Positions 1 to 10,057 of a stretch of 64,000 nucleotides of DNA are shown here, piece by piece. How positions within the stretch are numbered: the stretch's first letter is position 1; each line of letters begins with the position of its first letter. The notes under the pieces were generated by a model. That model had not been told where the DNA came from and did no database searches. It saw only the letters and a list, made by a program, of their open reading frames with translations. The DNA is from an uncultured Pseudomonadota bacterium (GTDB lineage: Bacteria; Pseudomonadota; Gammaproteobacteria; Enterobacterales; Succinivibrionaceae), in the NCBI GenBank assembly GCA_900317945.1, contig ONIT01000001.1, forward strand, positions 251 through 64,250, written 5' to 3'. The position numbers and the translations under genes are program-made.

Positions 1-752
1 CTTATGCTCCGACCGCCGTGCCTCATTTTGAACTCTTCAGTAATGCCGTCTCTCAGCTCTTTGAGATGCTCAGGCCATGCTGAGTCATCGATGGGAGAGA
101 GCTCAGTTCCTGCTGCCGCCTCACGGGCTGCCTCAGCAAAGAAAACGCTTTGAGCTTTGGTGAGTCCAAGGGACAGCGCGTATCCTTCAGCGGAGTCCAT
201 CAGGCTCTGTCCGTATTTCCTCTCGGTGCTTTCAAGATGGTCGTCATGGGCAGCGCCCATCCTGAAAAGCTGCTGCATCAGGAACTTTCCTGCACCGTCA
301 GCTCCGGTGTATTCCTTTGATGAGAAAATATCGCTTTCTGACTGTCCTGCCCTGAAGGCAGTGATTCCCTTTTCAGTGAGCTCCTTCAGCCTCACTGCCT
401 CAGTTCCTGGAATAAGCTTCCTCAGCGCTGCCTCGATGTTTTCCGGCACGGCCTTGTCATGATCGCCGCGGCTCCTGATGATCTCGTCCCGGTATATGAC
501 CTGAGCAGGAGATGTCTGGTATTTCTTTTCCAGGACCTTACGCATCAGCATGTGCTCTTTTTCATAGAACACGTCAGGAAGGGAGCTGTTCAGCATGGCC
601 CTGTGCCTCGCCTCGGCCTTTTCAATGAAGCTGCTGCCGCTTTCTTCCATGAGGCCGGACTGGCTGTCAGACCAACTATCAAGGGCATCTGCCGATGACG
701 CCGCAGACGTCAGGATGAACAGGGCTGCCGCTATTCTTCCGTATATCATCAT
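1..752 (-). CDS. hypothetical exported protein (partial; 3' end lies outside the window)
   Basis: My own reverse-strand translation from the ATG at 752 stays open to position 1 (250 codons). It begins MMIYGRIAAALFILTSAASSADALDSW..., which looks like a signal peptide. The ATG overlaps the yggT stop (ATGA). It is absent from the ORF track because no stop lies in the window. Confidence 0.5.
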   Translation of the reverse strand, partial: MMIYGRIAAALFILTSAASSADALDSWSDSQSGLMEESGSSFIEKAEARHRAMLNSSLPDVFYEKEHMLMRKVLEKKYQTSPAQVIYRDEIIRSRGDHDKAVPENIEAALRKLIPGTEAVRLKELTEKGITAFRAGQSESDIFSSKEYTGADGAGKFLMQQLFRMGAAHDDHLESTERKYGQSLMDSAEGYALSLGLTKAQSVFFAEAAREAAAGTELSPIDDSAWPEHLKELRDGITEEFKMRHGGRSI

Positions 753-1345
753 ATGGGATTAATCATGTTGGGGGACCACAGGAAGTATCCGATGTCGCCG
801 AAGGCTGATATCACTCCATAGGAGATGAGCTCGTTTGCAAGGAACAGCAGGAACATGGCGGCCATGAAGGCAAGATCAAGCATGAATACCGGCGGTATGA
901 CTTTCCTGATTGGCCTGATGAAAGGATCCACCAGCTCATAGGTGAATCTTGCCGGAGCCTGGAAAGTCTGCGGCGAAAGAAGGACGAGCCAGCTCAGGAT
1001 CATCTGCACGATCATAAGCCAGAAGAGGGCTGCGGCGCACATCTGCGGGACAGCCAGTATGAATTTGAGCAGCCAGTAGCTGAATGGCAGCCCGACGTGA
1101 AACACGATGGCAAACACCAGGTACTTGAGGAAGAGCAGGATCAGCACTGCTGCCACGCCGGAAAGGCTAAGCCTCCCGTTCATGATCGTCTTCCTGCCAA
1201 GCATCCTTATCACAGGACCGGTGATTCTTCCCAAAATTTCCGCAAGTATGCTGTATCTTCCTGCATTGAAGAACTGCGCGAGGCACCTGGTGATGAAGAG
1301 GACAATAAAGAGATTGGAGAGTCCTATGATGAGATAGAACAGCAT
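749..1345 (-). CDS. yggT: YggT-family integral membrane protein
   Basis: ORF 749..1513, trimmed to the ATG at 1345 (MLFYLIIGLSNLF...). It is hydrophobic with two YGGT-like halves (ELVDPFIRPIRKVIPP). The start is uncertain; the ATG at 1399 is an alternative. Confidence 0.7.
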   Translation of the reverse strand: MLFYLIIGLSNLFIVLFITRCLAQFFNAGRYSILAEILGRITGPVIRMLGRKTIMNGRLSLSGVAAVLILLFLKYLVFAIVFHVGLPFSYWLLKFILAVPQMCAAALFWLMIVQMILSWLVLLSPQTFQAPARFTYELVDPFIRPIRKVIPPVFMLDLAFMAAMFLLFLANELISYGVISAFGDIGYFLWSPNMINPI

Positions 1346-1572
1346 GGCGCCTCCAGCGAACTGCGCGTTAGGTTTATCTGATGGAGCAGATTTTACCATG
1401 TAAATGGAGTATGGCAGCAAAGCCTCGCAATGGCTCCCGAATGTTCTCCGTTCCCTGTCGTTTCGTGGTTCTCTTGACTTGTGGTGATTTTTTCGTTTTT
1501 TTGACAGGAGCACCGCAAGCTTTTTCCGTTTGTTATTACAATACTCCGGTTAGTTGTCCGCTGGAGGGAACC

Positions 1573-3024
1573 ATGAGCCTTGAACAGGTAAGAAAGCGCA
1601 TTTTTTCACCGACTGACCTCGATCTTGAGAAAACAGCGTCATGTCTTGCCGGAGTCTTTTCCAATTCGGTGGACTATGCTGATGTGTATTTCCAGCACCG
1701 GACTTCAGAAGGGTGGCACCTGGAGGAAGGCATTGTCAAGAACGGCTCCTACAATATAGCGTCAGGCATGGGAGTGAGGACGGTATCCGGTGATAAGTCC
1801 TGCCTGGCGTATTCGGATGAGGTGTCAGTCAAGGCGCTGCAGCAGTCGGTCAGGGCGGCGAGAAGCATTGCCTCACGCGGGGGTAGCGGTGAGTTCAGGA
1901 CTCCTGTGCAGGTTAAGGCGAGACAGCTCTATCCGGCAATCAATCCGGTCCGCTCTATGGCAAGGGATAAGAAAATCGAGCTCATAACCGAGATGGATCA
2001 TTTCACCAGGGCGCTTGACTCCTGCGTAAAGCGTGTGACGATTTCCCTGAGCGCAGTCAGTGATGCTGTTCTCATCATGGCTACAGACGGCACTCTGGCA
2101 TCAGATGTGAGGCCGGTGGTCAACCTTACCGTGCATGTCGTTGTCGAAAAGTCCGGCAGAAGGGAAGAGGGCTATGCCGCAGCCGGCACGCGCGGACCTC
2201 TTTCATATTTCCTGGAGGACATCAATGGTGAGAGCAGGGCAATGAGGCTCTGCCGCGAGGCGGTAAGGACTGCGCTTATCAACCTTGAGGCTGTTCCGGC
2301 TCCGGCAGGGCAGATGACAGTGGTCCTCGGCCATGGCTGGCCTGCGGTGCTTCTCCATGAGGCTGTCGGCCACGGGCTGGAGGGCGATGCCATAAGAAAG
2401 AACGCCTCTGCCTTCGCTGGGCTTGTCGGTGAGCAGGTCATATCACCGCTCTGCACCGTGCTTGATGACGGAACGATAGACGGGAGGCGTGGCTCTCTTA
2501 CGGTTGACGATGAGGGAACACCCGGGCAGAAGACTGTACTTATTGAGAACGGCGTCCTCAAAAATTTCATGTATGACAAGCTCAACGCGCGCCTGATGAA
2601 GACGGCAAGCACCGGGAACGGCAGGCGGGAATCTTACTCCTGCATGCCGATCCCCCGCATGACCAACACCTACATGCTCCCCGGGAAGTCTGATCCTGAG
2701 GAAATCATCTCATCGGTCGATCACGGCATCTATGCCGTCAGCTTCCATGGCGGGCAGGTTGACACTGCCTCCGGAAAGTTTGTCTTTACATCTTCTGAGG
2801 CCTATCTCATCGAGAAGGGGAAAATCACCAAGCCTGTAAAGGATGCAACGCTTATCGGATCCGGCAGGGAGGTGATGAGCAAGGTGTCAATGGTCGGCAA
2901 TGATCTTATGCTCGATCCGGGATTTGGCAGCTGCGGCAAGGCGGGGCAGTGGGTGCCGGTCGGACTCGGGCAGCCTACGCTTAAGGTTGACAGCATAACA
3001 GTCGGCGGTACCAGGACCAGCTGA
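1573..3024 (+). CDS. tldD: metalloprotease TldD
   Basis: ORF 1381..3024, trimmed to the ATG at 1573, which follows GGAGGGAA. It carries the HEAVGHGLEGD motif and is TldD-like along its full length. Confidence 0.9.
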   Translation: MSLEQVRKRIFSPTDLDLEKTASCLAGVFSNSVDYADVYFQHRTSEGWHLEEGIVKNGSYNIASGMGVRTVSGDKSCLAYSDEVSVKALQQSVRAARSIASRGGSGEFRTPVQVKARQLYPAINPVRSMARDKKIELITEMDHFTRALDSCVKRVTISLSAVSDAVLIMATDGTLASDVRPVVNLTVHVVVEKSGRREEGYAAAGTRGPLSYFLEDINGESRAMRLCREAVRTALINLEAVPAPAGQMTVVLGHGWPAVLLHEAVGHGLEGDAIRKNASAFAGLVGEQVISPLCTVLDDGTIDGRRGSLTVDDEGTPGQKTVLIENGVLKNFMYDKLNARLMKTASTGNGRRESYSCMPIPRMTNTYMLPGKSDPEEIISSVDHGIYAVSFHGGQVDTASGKFVFTSSEAYLIEKGKITKPVKDATLIGSGREVMSKVSMVGNDLMLDPGFGSCGKAGQWVPVGLGQPTLKVDSITVGGTRTS

Positions 3025-3049
3025 GAGGCGCACTCGTCTGGCTGACTAC

Positions 3050-4486
3050 TCAGCCTTTCCAGAAAGAGGGGAACAGGAGAACAAGGGCAGTCAGGAACTC
3101 AAGGCGCCCCAGCATCATATCGGCAGACAGTATTATTCTGCCGGCATCCGGAATGCCTCCGTAGAATCCTGAGCCCAGGGAGCCGCCGAATCCCGGTCCG
3201 ACATTGGCGAGCGCTGACACCGTGCCGGTTATGCTCTCAGAGAGCGGCACTCCCATTACGCAGAGCGCCGCTGAGCTCAGGATCATCACTGCAATGAAGC
3301 TGAACTCGTAGGCAACAAGCGATCCCACAACTTCGCTGTCAATCGGCTTCCCGTTGTATTTCTGCGGTATCACCGACTTCGGATGAATAAGCGGCCTGCA
3401 CTCCATCCTGAAAATGGAATAGGCAAGCTGCAGGCGGAAAATCTTGATCCCGCCCGAAGATGATCCGGAGCAGGCGCCTATTGGCAGGATCAGCAGGATA
3501 ATCAGGATGGCGAACGGCCCGTATGACCACCAGTCTCCTGTGTAGTAGCCGGTAGTAGTTATTATCGACGCTACGGTGAGAGCTGATGTGCGGATGGAGT
3601 CGCTGACGCCAAGCCCGTTTCCGAGAATGAGCCAAAGTGCCAGCATCACTGATGCTGCGATAAATATCCGGAGAAAGGTCCTTACCTGGCTGTCATTGAG
3701 GAGCTCTGGGCTCATCGACTTGAAGCTTCTCACGTAAAGTATGAAGGGAAGACCGGAGAGCAGCATGAATACCACCGCAACCCACTGGGCGGCCGGGCCG
3801 AATGCGGTGATGGAGGCGTTCCTTGTCGAGAACCCTCCGGTCGCCACGGTGGTGAATGCATGGTTTATCGCGTCGAACACCGGCATGCCGGTAAGCCTGT
3901 AGGAGAGAACGCAGAGCAGCGTTATGGTCATGTAGGTCAGCACTATGTTCTTAGCGAGTGTCGAGGTCCTGGGCGTGTCCTTGGTCCTTTCCGAGAATTC
4001 AGTGCGGAAGAGCTTCATGCCTCCGACATTCATTGCGGGGAGTACGGCGATCGCGATGATGATGAATCCGATCCCTCCGATCCACTGCAGGATTGAGCGC
4101 CAGAGGAGTACTGATCTCGGCACTGACTCAACGTCCGGAATCACCGACGCACCCATCGTTGTTAGCCCTGACATGGTCTCGAAGACAGCTCCGGTGAAGT
4201 CAAGGCTTGTAAGGAGCCAGATGGGAAGCGCGCCGAACAGGCAGCCCAGGATCCAGACCGAGCTCGTCAGTATGAACATGTCCCTCATCGAAAGGGAGAA
4301 ATGCCTGGGCCTTGCCGAGTGCGTCAGGATGAATGCGACTGACTCTGTGATGACGAACGAGGCGAAGAACCTGGAGAGTCCTTCTGACGCGGTGAAGAAG
4401 CAGTAGATTATGGGGATCCACATGAACACCGCGAGCTTCGAGAGGATGAGGCCGAGCATCGTGACTATTGATCTGATGTTGAGCAT
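3050..4486 (-). CDS. trkH: Trk-system K+ uptake protein TrkH
   Basis: A 478-aa polytopic membrane protein with repeated TTxG / GGxS selectivity-filter-like motifs (MSGLTTMG, TVATGGFS, ITTTGY, SSSGGIK). It lies directly downstream of trkA. Confidence 0.88.
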   Translation of the reverse strand: MLNIRSIVTMLGLILSKLAVFMWIPIIYCFFTASEGLSRFFASFVITESVAFILTHSARPRHFSLSMRDMFILTSSVWILGCLFGALPIWLLTSLDFTGAVFETMSGLTTMGASVIPDVESVPRSVLLWRSILQWIGGIGFIIIAIAVLPAMNVGGMKLFRTEFSERTKDTPRTSTLAKNIVLTYMTITLLCVLSYRLTGMPVFDAINHAFTTVATGGFSTRNASITAFGPAAQWVAVVFMLLSGLPFILYVRSFKSMSPELLNDSQVRTFLRIFIAASVMLALWLILGNGLGVSDSIRTSALTVASIITTTGYYTGDWWSYGPFAILIILLILPIGACSGSSSGGIKIFRLQLAYSIFRMECRPLIHPKSVIPQKYNGKPIDSEVVGSLVAYEFSFIAVMILSSAALCVMGVPLSESITGTVSALANVGPGFGGSLGSGFYGGIPDAGRIILSADMMLGRLEFLTALVLLFPSFWKG

Positions 4487-4493
4487 GTCTGCC

Positions 4494-5867
4494 TCAGAAG
4501 AACGGGCTGGGCTGGAACAGCCTTTCGATTTCGCGGACCCTTGTCCTGTCGGTCAGGAAGATGATGATGTGGTCGCCGTCCTTGACGGTCATCTCATCAG
4601 CTATTATAAAGGACGCACCGTCACGGATTATTGCTGAGACCGATACTCCCTGCGGAAGATCAAGCTCCTTGACCTTTTTCCCGATGACGTTTGATGATTC
4701 CTTTGAGCCGTGCGCGACGATCTCCATTGCCTCTGAGTTGCCTGATCTCAGGGAATAGACATTCTTAACGTCGGCATGCCTGATGTTCGAGAGAAGGGCG
4801 GAGATGGTCACCTGCTGCGGCGACACAGCAATGTCAATGTTGGTCTCATCGATGAGGTCGAGGAAAATCTCGCGCTGCACCAGCGCTATCGACTTTTTCG
4901 CCCCCAGCTTCTTCGCAAGGGATGAGGCCATGATGTTTGACTCATCAGAGCTCGTTACGGCAATCACCAGATCAGTCTTGGAGATCCCCTCGTCATCCAG
5001 GAAATCCCGGTCTGTCGGATCTGCCTCGAAGACCATGGTCTTCTCGAGCTCCTCAGAGAGCCTCTCGGCCCTTTCCCTGTTTCCCTCGACAAGCTTGACC
5101 TGGCTCATGGTCTGCAGCTTCCTCGCAAGCCCCGCGCCGATGTTCCCGCCGCCTATGATGAGTATGCGCCGGTAGGGCGTCTCAATGCGCTCAAGCCCGG
5201 CGACGCACTGCCCGATGTAGGATGCCTGGGTGATGAAATAAACCTCGTCCCCGCCCTCTATGACAGTGCCGGGGCTCAGCCTGATGGCCTTCCCGTTCCT
5301 GATTATGGCGACTATATTGATTTTGCCGTCGAGCTCAGTGCTCTTCACCGCTGAGATGGTATTCCCTACGATGAATCCGCCGTAGCAGGCCTTCACCATG
5401 ACGATGGCAAGCTCACCGTTGGAGAACTCCATAACCTGGGATGTGCCGGGATGGAAGACGAGCTCCGCAATCTGCGATGTCACGAGCATTTCAGGAGAGA
5501 TGACCTTGTCGACGCTGAGACCGCCGGCTCCGAAGAGCTCTGTGCTTCTTTCGATGTACTCCCTTGAGCGGATCCTCGCTATCTTGTTCGGGACATGGAA
5601 AAGCGTATCAGCGATCTGGCAGGCAAGGATGTTCACCTCGTCGCTCTCTGAGACGGCTACAAGCATTTCAGCATCGGCAGCGCCGGCTGACGCCAGGATA
5701 TCTGGATGAGTGCCGAGCCCGCAGACGGTTCTGAGATCATACTTGTCGTTGAGTATTCCGAGAAGGCTTCTGTCAGTGTCTATGACCGTCAGATCGTTCT
5801 TTTCGGTAACCAGCTTCTCCGTAAGCGTGCTGCCAACCTGTCCGGCGCCGATGATTATTATCTTCAT
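4494..5867 (-). CDS. trkA: Trk-system K+ uptake protein TrkA (tandem NAD-binding domains)
   Basis: 457 aa, starting MKIIIIGAGQVGSTL, with a second Rossmann motif ILIIGGGNIGAGLA. It sits in the canonical position after rsmB. Confidence 0.93.
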   Translation of the reverse strand: MKIIIIGAGQVGSTLTEKLVTEKNDLTVIDTDRSLLGILNDKYDLRTVCGLGTHPDILASAGAADAEMLVAVSESDEVNILACQIADTLFHVPNKIARIRSREYIERSTELFGAGGLSVDKVISPEMLVTSQIAELVFHPGTSQVMEFSNGELAIVMVKACYGGFIVGNTISAVKSTELDGKINIVAIIRNGKAIRLSPGTVIEGGDEVYFITQASYIGQCVAGLERIETPYRRILIIGGGNIGAGLARKLQTMSQVKLVEGNRERAERLSEELEKTMVFEADPTDRDFLDDEGISKTDLVIAVTSSDESNIMASSLAKKLGAKKSIALVQREIFLDLIDETNIDIAVSPQQVTISALLSNIRHADVKNVYSLRSGNSEAMEIVAHGSKESSNVIGKKVKELDLPQGVSVSAIIRDGASFIIADEMTVKDGDHIIIFLTDRTRVREIERLFQPSPFF

Positions 5868-5877
5868 ATGGCGCCGC

Positions 5878-7164
5878 CTACTCAGGCTTCTTTATGAACC
5901 TGGCGTAGAAGAAGCCGTCGCCGTCATCCTCTCCCGGAAGGACCTGGTGACTGGACGGTCCTCCGCTCCAGAGCTCAGAGGCAGCCGCGTCAGGATGGCG
6001 CTTAAGGAAGCTCTCAGCCTGCAGCTCATTTTCCTTTTTCATGACGGAGCAGGTTGAGTAGAGTAGGGCTCCGCCGGGCTTAAGCACGCTCCAGGCGGTG
6101 TCCATAAGCTCTTTCTGCGAAACGGCCAGCTTGTCAATATCATCAGGCGTCCTGATGAACCTGATGTCGGGGTGGCGCCTTATAACGCCGGTTCCGGAGC
6201 AGGGGGCATCAAGGAGCACCCGGTCGAACGGTTTCCCGTCCCACCACTCATCAGTCCTCCTGGCGTCAGCCGCAAGGCAGGTGACAGATATGGAGAGCCT
6301 CCTGAGGTTCTCCTCGAGGCGCTTCACTCTTGACTTTGAGATGTCGAGCGCTGTTACTGATGCAGTGTTTCCGGTGAGCTCCAGGATTTCCGAGGTTTTG
6401 CCTCCGGGCGCGGCGCACATGTCAAGGATGCGCTCGCCATTCTCCGGAGCAAGATACCAGACTGACTTCTGAGCTGAGATGTCCTGCACGGTAACGAGCC
6501 CTTCCCTGAAGAAGGGCAGCCGCTCAACCGGAAGCGGCTTTGAGAGCAGGACTGCGGACGGGGCGATGAATGACTTCTCTCCGGAGCCGCATGACTCAAG
6601 CCCTTCCCTGAATTTCTCCCTGCTGAGCTTGCCCGCGTTGATTCTGACCCACATAGGCGGCTCGCGCTGGGCGTCATCGGCAAATGATGCCGCAGCCTCG
6701 GCGCCGTAGTCCTTTATGAGACTTTCCCTGAGCCAGCCAGGCAGCTCATCTTCTGCGGTGAATTCCAAAGCCTTTGCAGAGAGCTCCTTCTTCTCTCTCA
6801 GGATGTTGCGGAGGATGCCGTTGACCATGCCGGACATTTCCGGAAACTTCAGCTCCCTTGCCGACTCAACTGACTCGCTGACAGCCGCGTACTCCTCGGT
6901 GTTCATGAAGAGAAGCTCATGTATTCCCGAGAGAATGAGAAAATAGACAGCGGACCTCCTACCTGAGGGCCTCTTCCGCATGAGGCCCTCCGCTGCCTCA
7001 GAAATGAAGCTGAAGTGCCTCAGAGTGCCGGCTACTGCGGCCATCAGCCAGGGGTATGATCCCGGGCTGATTTTTTCGGAGTATTCGGGGAGAAGGAGGG
7101 AAAGAGGCTCCCTGTTTTCAAGGATCCTCTTAAGGATGAGAGCTGCGGCAGTCCTGATCCTCAT
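5878..7164 (-). CDS. rsmB: 16S rRNA m5C967 methyltransferase RsmB
   Basis: 428 aa with a NusB-like N-terminus, the SAM motif DMCAAPGGKT and the catalytic motif DAPCSGTG. Its start overlaps the fmt stop (ATGA). Confidence 0.9.
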   Translation of the reverse strand: MRIRTAAALILKRILENREPLSLLLPEYSEKISPGSYPWLMAAVAGTLRHFSFISEAAEGLMRKRPSGRRSAVYFLILSGIHELLFMNTEEYAAVSESVESARELKFPEMSGMVNGILRNILREKKELSAKALEFTAEDELPGWLRESLIKDYGAEAAASFADDAQREPPMWVRINAGKLSREKFREGLESCGSGEKSFIAPSAVLLSKPLPVERLPFFREGLVTVQDISAQKSVWYLAPENGERILDMCAAPGGKTSEILELTGNTASVTALDISKSRVKRLEENLRRLSISVTCLAADARRTDEWWDGKPFDRVLLDAPCSGTGVIRRHPDIRFIRTPDDIDKLAVSQKELMDTAWSVLKPGGALLYSTCSVMKKENELQAESFLKRHPDAAASELWSGGPSSHQVLPGEDDGDGFFYARFIKKPE

Positions 7165-8105
7165 TCTATGATCCGTCCCGGGCGGAACAGGTCACGGTGC
7201 CCGTTCAGAATGTCCCCTGCAGCCATGGCTTTTTTCCCGGGGAGCTGCAGTACGTCAAGGACAATGGTTCCGTCGGCCGTTTTGACGGCAATTCCGCCGG
7301 CGTCTGATCTCAGTATGGTGCCGGGTGCGCTCTCCGCAGTCTCTGTCATCTCAGTATCAAGATGGGAGGCGAGTACCTTAATCTTCTGCCCGTCCAGGGT
7401 GAACCAGGCGTCCGGCTCCGGATTGAAGGCACGCACCTGCCTCTCGATGTAGTCCGCGCTCCTGATGAATGCAATTCTGGCGTCGTCCTTTGTGATCTTG
7501 TTGGCGTAGACCGCGTCATCATCATTCTGCGGCTCGCCGGTAGTTATCCCTGCATCCAGGCGGTCAAGCGTCTCGTTCATGGCCCTGATGCCGATGGCCG
7601 TCAGCTTTTCAAAAAGCGAGCCGGCAGTCTCTTTCTCAGTGATTGGGCACATCCTTCTTGAGAGCATGACTCCGGTGTCAAGTCCCTTGTCCATCTGCAT
7701 CACAGTGATGCCTGAGTAGTCATCTCCCTCAAGAATCGCCCTCTGAACGGGGGCCGCTCCGCGCCAGCGCGGAAGGAGGGAGCCATGGATGTTGATGCAG
7801 CCGTAAAGAGGGATGTTGAGGATGTTCTCAGGGATAATGAGACCGTATGCCGCAACGACGAACACATCGGGCCTGAAGCCCTTGAACACGCTCTCAGCCT
7901 CAGGGCTTCTAAGGGAAACAGGCTGCTCGACAGGAAGCCCCGCTGCCTGGGCAGTGACTTTGACTGCGCTCGGCGCAAGCCTGTGGCCACGGCCGCTTGC
8001 CCGGTCAGGCTGAGTGTAGACGCCGACAACCTCGCGGCCGCCGTCAATCAGGGCCTGCAGGTGATCCGCCGCGAATTTCGGCGTCCCGGCAAAGAGTATC
8101 CTCAT
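7161..8105 (-). CDS. fmt: methionyl-tRNA formyltransferase
   Basis: 314 aa, with MRILFAGTP...NIHGSLLPRWRGAAPVQRAI. It follows def, as in the def-fmt operon. Confidence 0.95.
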   Translation of the reverse strand: MRILFAGTPKFAADHLQALIDGGREVVGVYTQPDRASGRGHRLAPSAVKVTAQAAGLPVEQPVSLRSPEAESVFKGFRPDVFVVAAYGLIIPENILNIPLYGCINIHGSLLPRWRGAAPVQRAILEGDDYSGITVMQMDKGLDTGVMLSRRMCPITEKETAGSLFEKLTAIGIRAMNETLDRLDAGITTGEPQNDDDAVYANKITKDDARIAFIRSADYIERQVRAFNPEPDAWFTLDGQKIKVLASHLDTEMTETAESAPGTILRSDAGGIAVKTADGTIVLDVLQLPGKKAMAAGDILNGHRDLFRPGRIIE

Positions 8106-8182
8106 TTGTTTTCTCCTCTGGCGCTTGCATCCAGGCGGGTCATCATTCCTTTTTATAAGGACATGAGCCCGTCAGACGATGT

Positions 8183-8701
8183 TCAGCGCTTTCCCTCTTC
8201 CTTTTCTTCCTTCTCGATCTTTTTCATGAGCTTCAGCGCGCGGTCTTTCTTGAACTGCGGCAGGTAGTCGATGAAGAGCTTTCCCTCAAGGTGATCAAGC
8301 TCGTGCTGGATGCAGATGGCGAGAAGTCCGTCAGCATCCATCTCAAATTCCTTCCCATACCTGTCCTGGGCCCTGACATGGACCTTCTCTGCCCTTTTTA
8401 CCTTGGCGCGGAACTCCGGGATCGAGAGGCAGCCCTCATCAATTGATGCGGTTCCTGTTTTTGAGACTATGACCGGATTGGCGAGGACCAGCTGGGCTGA
8501 CCTGTCCTCGCTGCAGTCAATTACGACGAAGCGCCGGTGGATGTTGACCTGAGGAGCGGCAAGACCTACTCCCTCATTTTTATACATAGTCTCGAACATG
8601 TCGTCTGCAGTTTTCCTGAACTCATCGTCGAATTCGGTGACCGGTACGCATTCAGTTCTGAGGCGTTCATCCGGATATCTGAGTACCTTGTAAATTGCCA
8701 T
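8183..8701 (-). CDS. def: peptide deformylase
   Basis: ORF 8183..8770, trimmed to the ATG at 8701 (MAIYKVLRYPDERLR). It has the GVGLAAPQ, EGCLS and HELDH motifs. Confidence 0.95.
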   Translation of the reverse strand: MAIYKVLRYPDERLRTECVPVTEFDDEFRKTADDMFETMYKNEGVGLAAPQVNIHRRFVVIDCSEDRSAQLVLANPVIVSKTGTASIDEGCLSIPEFRAKVKRAEKVHVRAQDRYGKEFEMDADGLLAICIQHELDHLEGKLFIDYLPQFKKDRALKLMKKIEKEEKEEGKR

Positions 8702-8876
8702 AAATTTAACGCATTTAACAGATTGAACAAAGAATTGCCCTGCCGCGGGTGCTTTTCGCCGTTTTATCATTATAATGTATAATGTTTGAACCGAAAACGG
8801 AATTTTCTAAAGAGCTGACGCAGCTTCGGATGTGAGAATCTGACTCTGACTGATCGGCATGCGTAGGGATTTGATT

Positions 8877-9932
8877 ATGAAACTGAGAAAGTTAGGCCTT
8901 CTGGTAGCCGGCTGCATTTTCGCGACTTTCGCGGCTGCTGACAATTTAGAGGTTAGAGAAGACGCCCCTGATACTTACACTGTCAAGAAAGGCGACACTC
9001 TGTGGGATATTTCCGGACATTTCCTCAAGAAGCCCTGGTACTGGCCCAAGATTTGGAACGTCAACCCGCAGATCAAGGATCCTCACTGGATTTATCCTGG
9101 CGATGTGCTGAAGCTCGTGTATATCGATGGCAAGCCGGTACTGACCAAGCAGAACAGGGTCGTACGCCAGGGCGAGCCTATTCCGGCAATTGACGGTGCT
9201 GAAATCGAGCCGTTCCTTCTGAAGGATCTCTTCTTTGACAGACCTGAAGGCTTTGAGGATCTTCCCTATGTAATGGGCGATCCTGATAATGACGTGACAA
9301 TGACAGATGACATTGATGTCTTTGTCCGCGGACACCTGACCGAGGGCGAGCAGTACGCAGTCTACAGCAACCCGAAGAAGATCGTAAGGCCCGGCGAGTA
9401 TGTGCCTGTAACCTACAGGGCACATCTCAACGCAATGGTTGTAGCTGGCAAGTACTACGAGGAAAATGACCAGACAATGGTCCATGTCGTAAGAGGCGTA
9501 CGCGAGATCAGGCAGGGCGACAAGCTCGTTCCTGCAAGCGAGGTTCCGGGCGTAGATGCTCTGTATATCATACAGCCCTCCAGGATCGGCAGCGCAATGA
9601 TTGTTGATACTGACGAGAACAGCTCAGTCAATGTTGGCACCCGCGAGGTTGCGGTAATTGACAAGGGCTCCAACCAGGGCGCAGCTGCCGGCCAGGTCGT
9701 AAGGGTCATGAAGCCGGGCCTCAAGGTTACAGGCAGCAAGGACGACCTCAAGTATGAGGTATACAGCAACATGGGCGAGAAGCTCCTGACCTTCAGGGAC
9801 AGCGCAAGGCTTCCTGACTACAATATCGGCGAGGCGATGATCGTCAGGGCATACAAGAATGTGTCCCTGGTATATATCCTCAACGCCAAGGATTTTGTGA
9901 AGGCAGGACAGTACGTTACTGATCCTGAATAA
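8877..9932 (+). CDS. LysM-domain exported protein
   Basis: ORF 8859..9932, with the ATG at 8877 preferred ([21 protein letters not shown] reads as a signal peptide). The LysM core is [27 protein letters not shown]. It is divergent from def, as in many gammaproteobacteria. Confidence 0.8.
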   Translation: MKLRKLGLLVAGCIFATFAAADNLEVREDAPDTYTVKKGDTLWDISGHFLKKPWYWPKIWNVNPQIKDPHWIYPGDVLKLVYIDGKPVLTKQNRVVRQGEPIPAIDGAEIEPFLLKDLFFDRPEGFEDLPYVMGDPDNDVTMTDDIDVFVRGHLTEGEQYAVYSNPKKIVRPGEYVPVTYRAHLNAMVVAGKYYEENDQTMVHVVRGVREIRQGDKLVPASEVPGVDALYIIQPSRIGSAMIVDTDENSSVNVGTREVAVIDKGSNQGAAAGQVVRVMKPGLKVTGSKDDLKYEVYSNMGEKLLTFRDSARLPDYNIGEAMIVRAYKNVSLVYILNAKDFVKAGQYVTDPE

Positions 9933-9977
9933 AGCCTTCCAGCCGCCAGTGTGTTAAGGCGGCTTCGGAAAGATGAA

Positions 9978-10003
9978 AGCCGGGCACAGTCCCGGCTTTT
10001 TTT
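9978..10003 (+). terminator. rho-independent terminator after the LysM gene
   Basis: AGCCGGG-cacagt-CCCGGCT gives a 7-bp GC-rich stem, followed by TTTTTTT. Confidence 0.75.
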
Positions 10004-10057
10004 GTCACTGTGATACTGTGATAAAATTCCGCGCAGGTTATTTGGGGTCAGATTTTT

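Noticed and set aside
157-698. Plus-strand ORFs 157..462 and 459..698.
   Set aside because: They lie antisense to a continuous 250-codon minus-strand frame that has a signal peptide and operon coupling to yggT. Their translations are low-complexity, Ser/Pro/Leu-rich shadow sequences.
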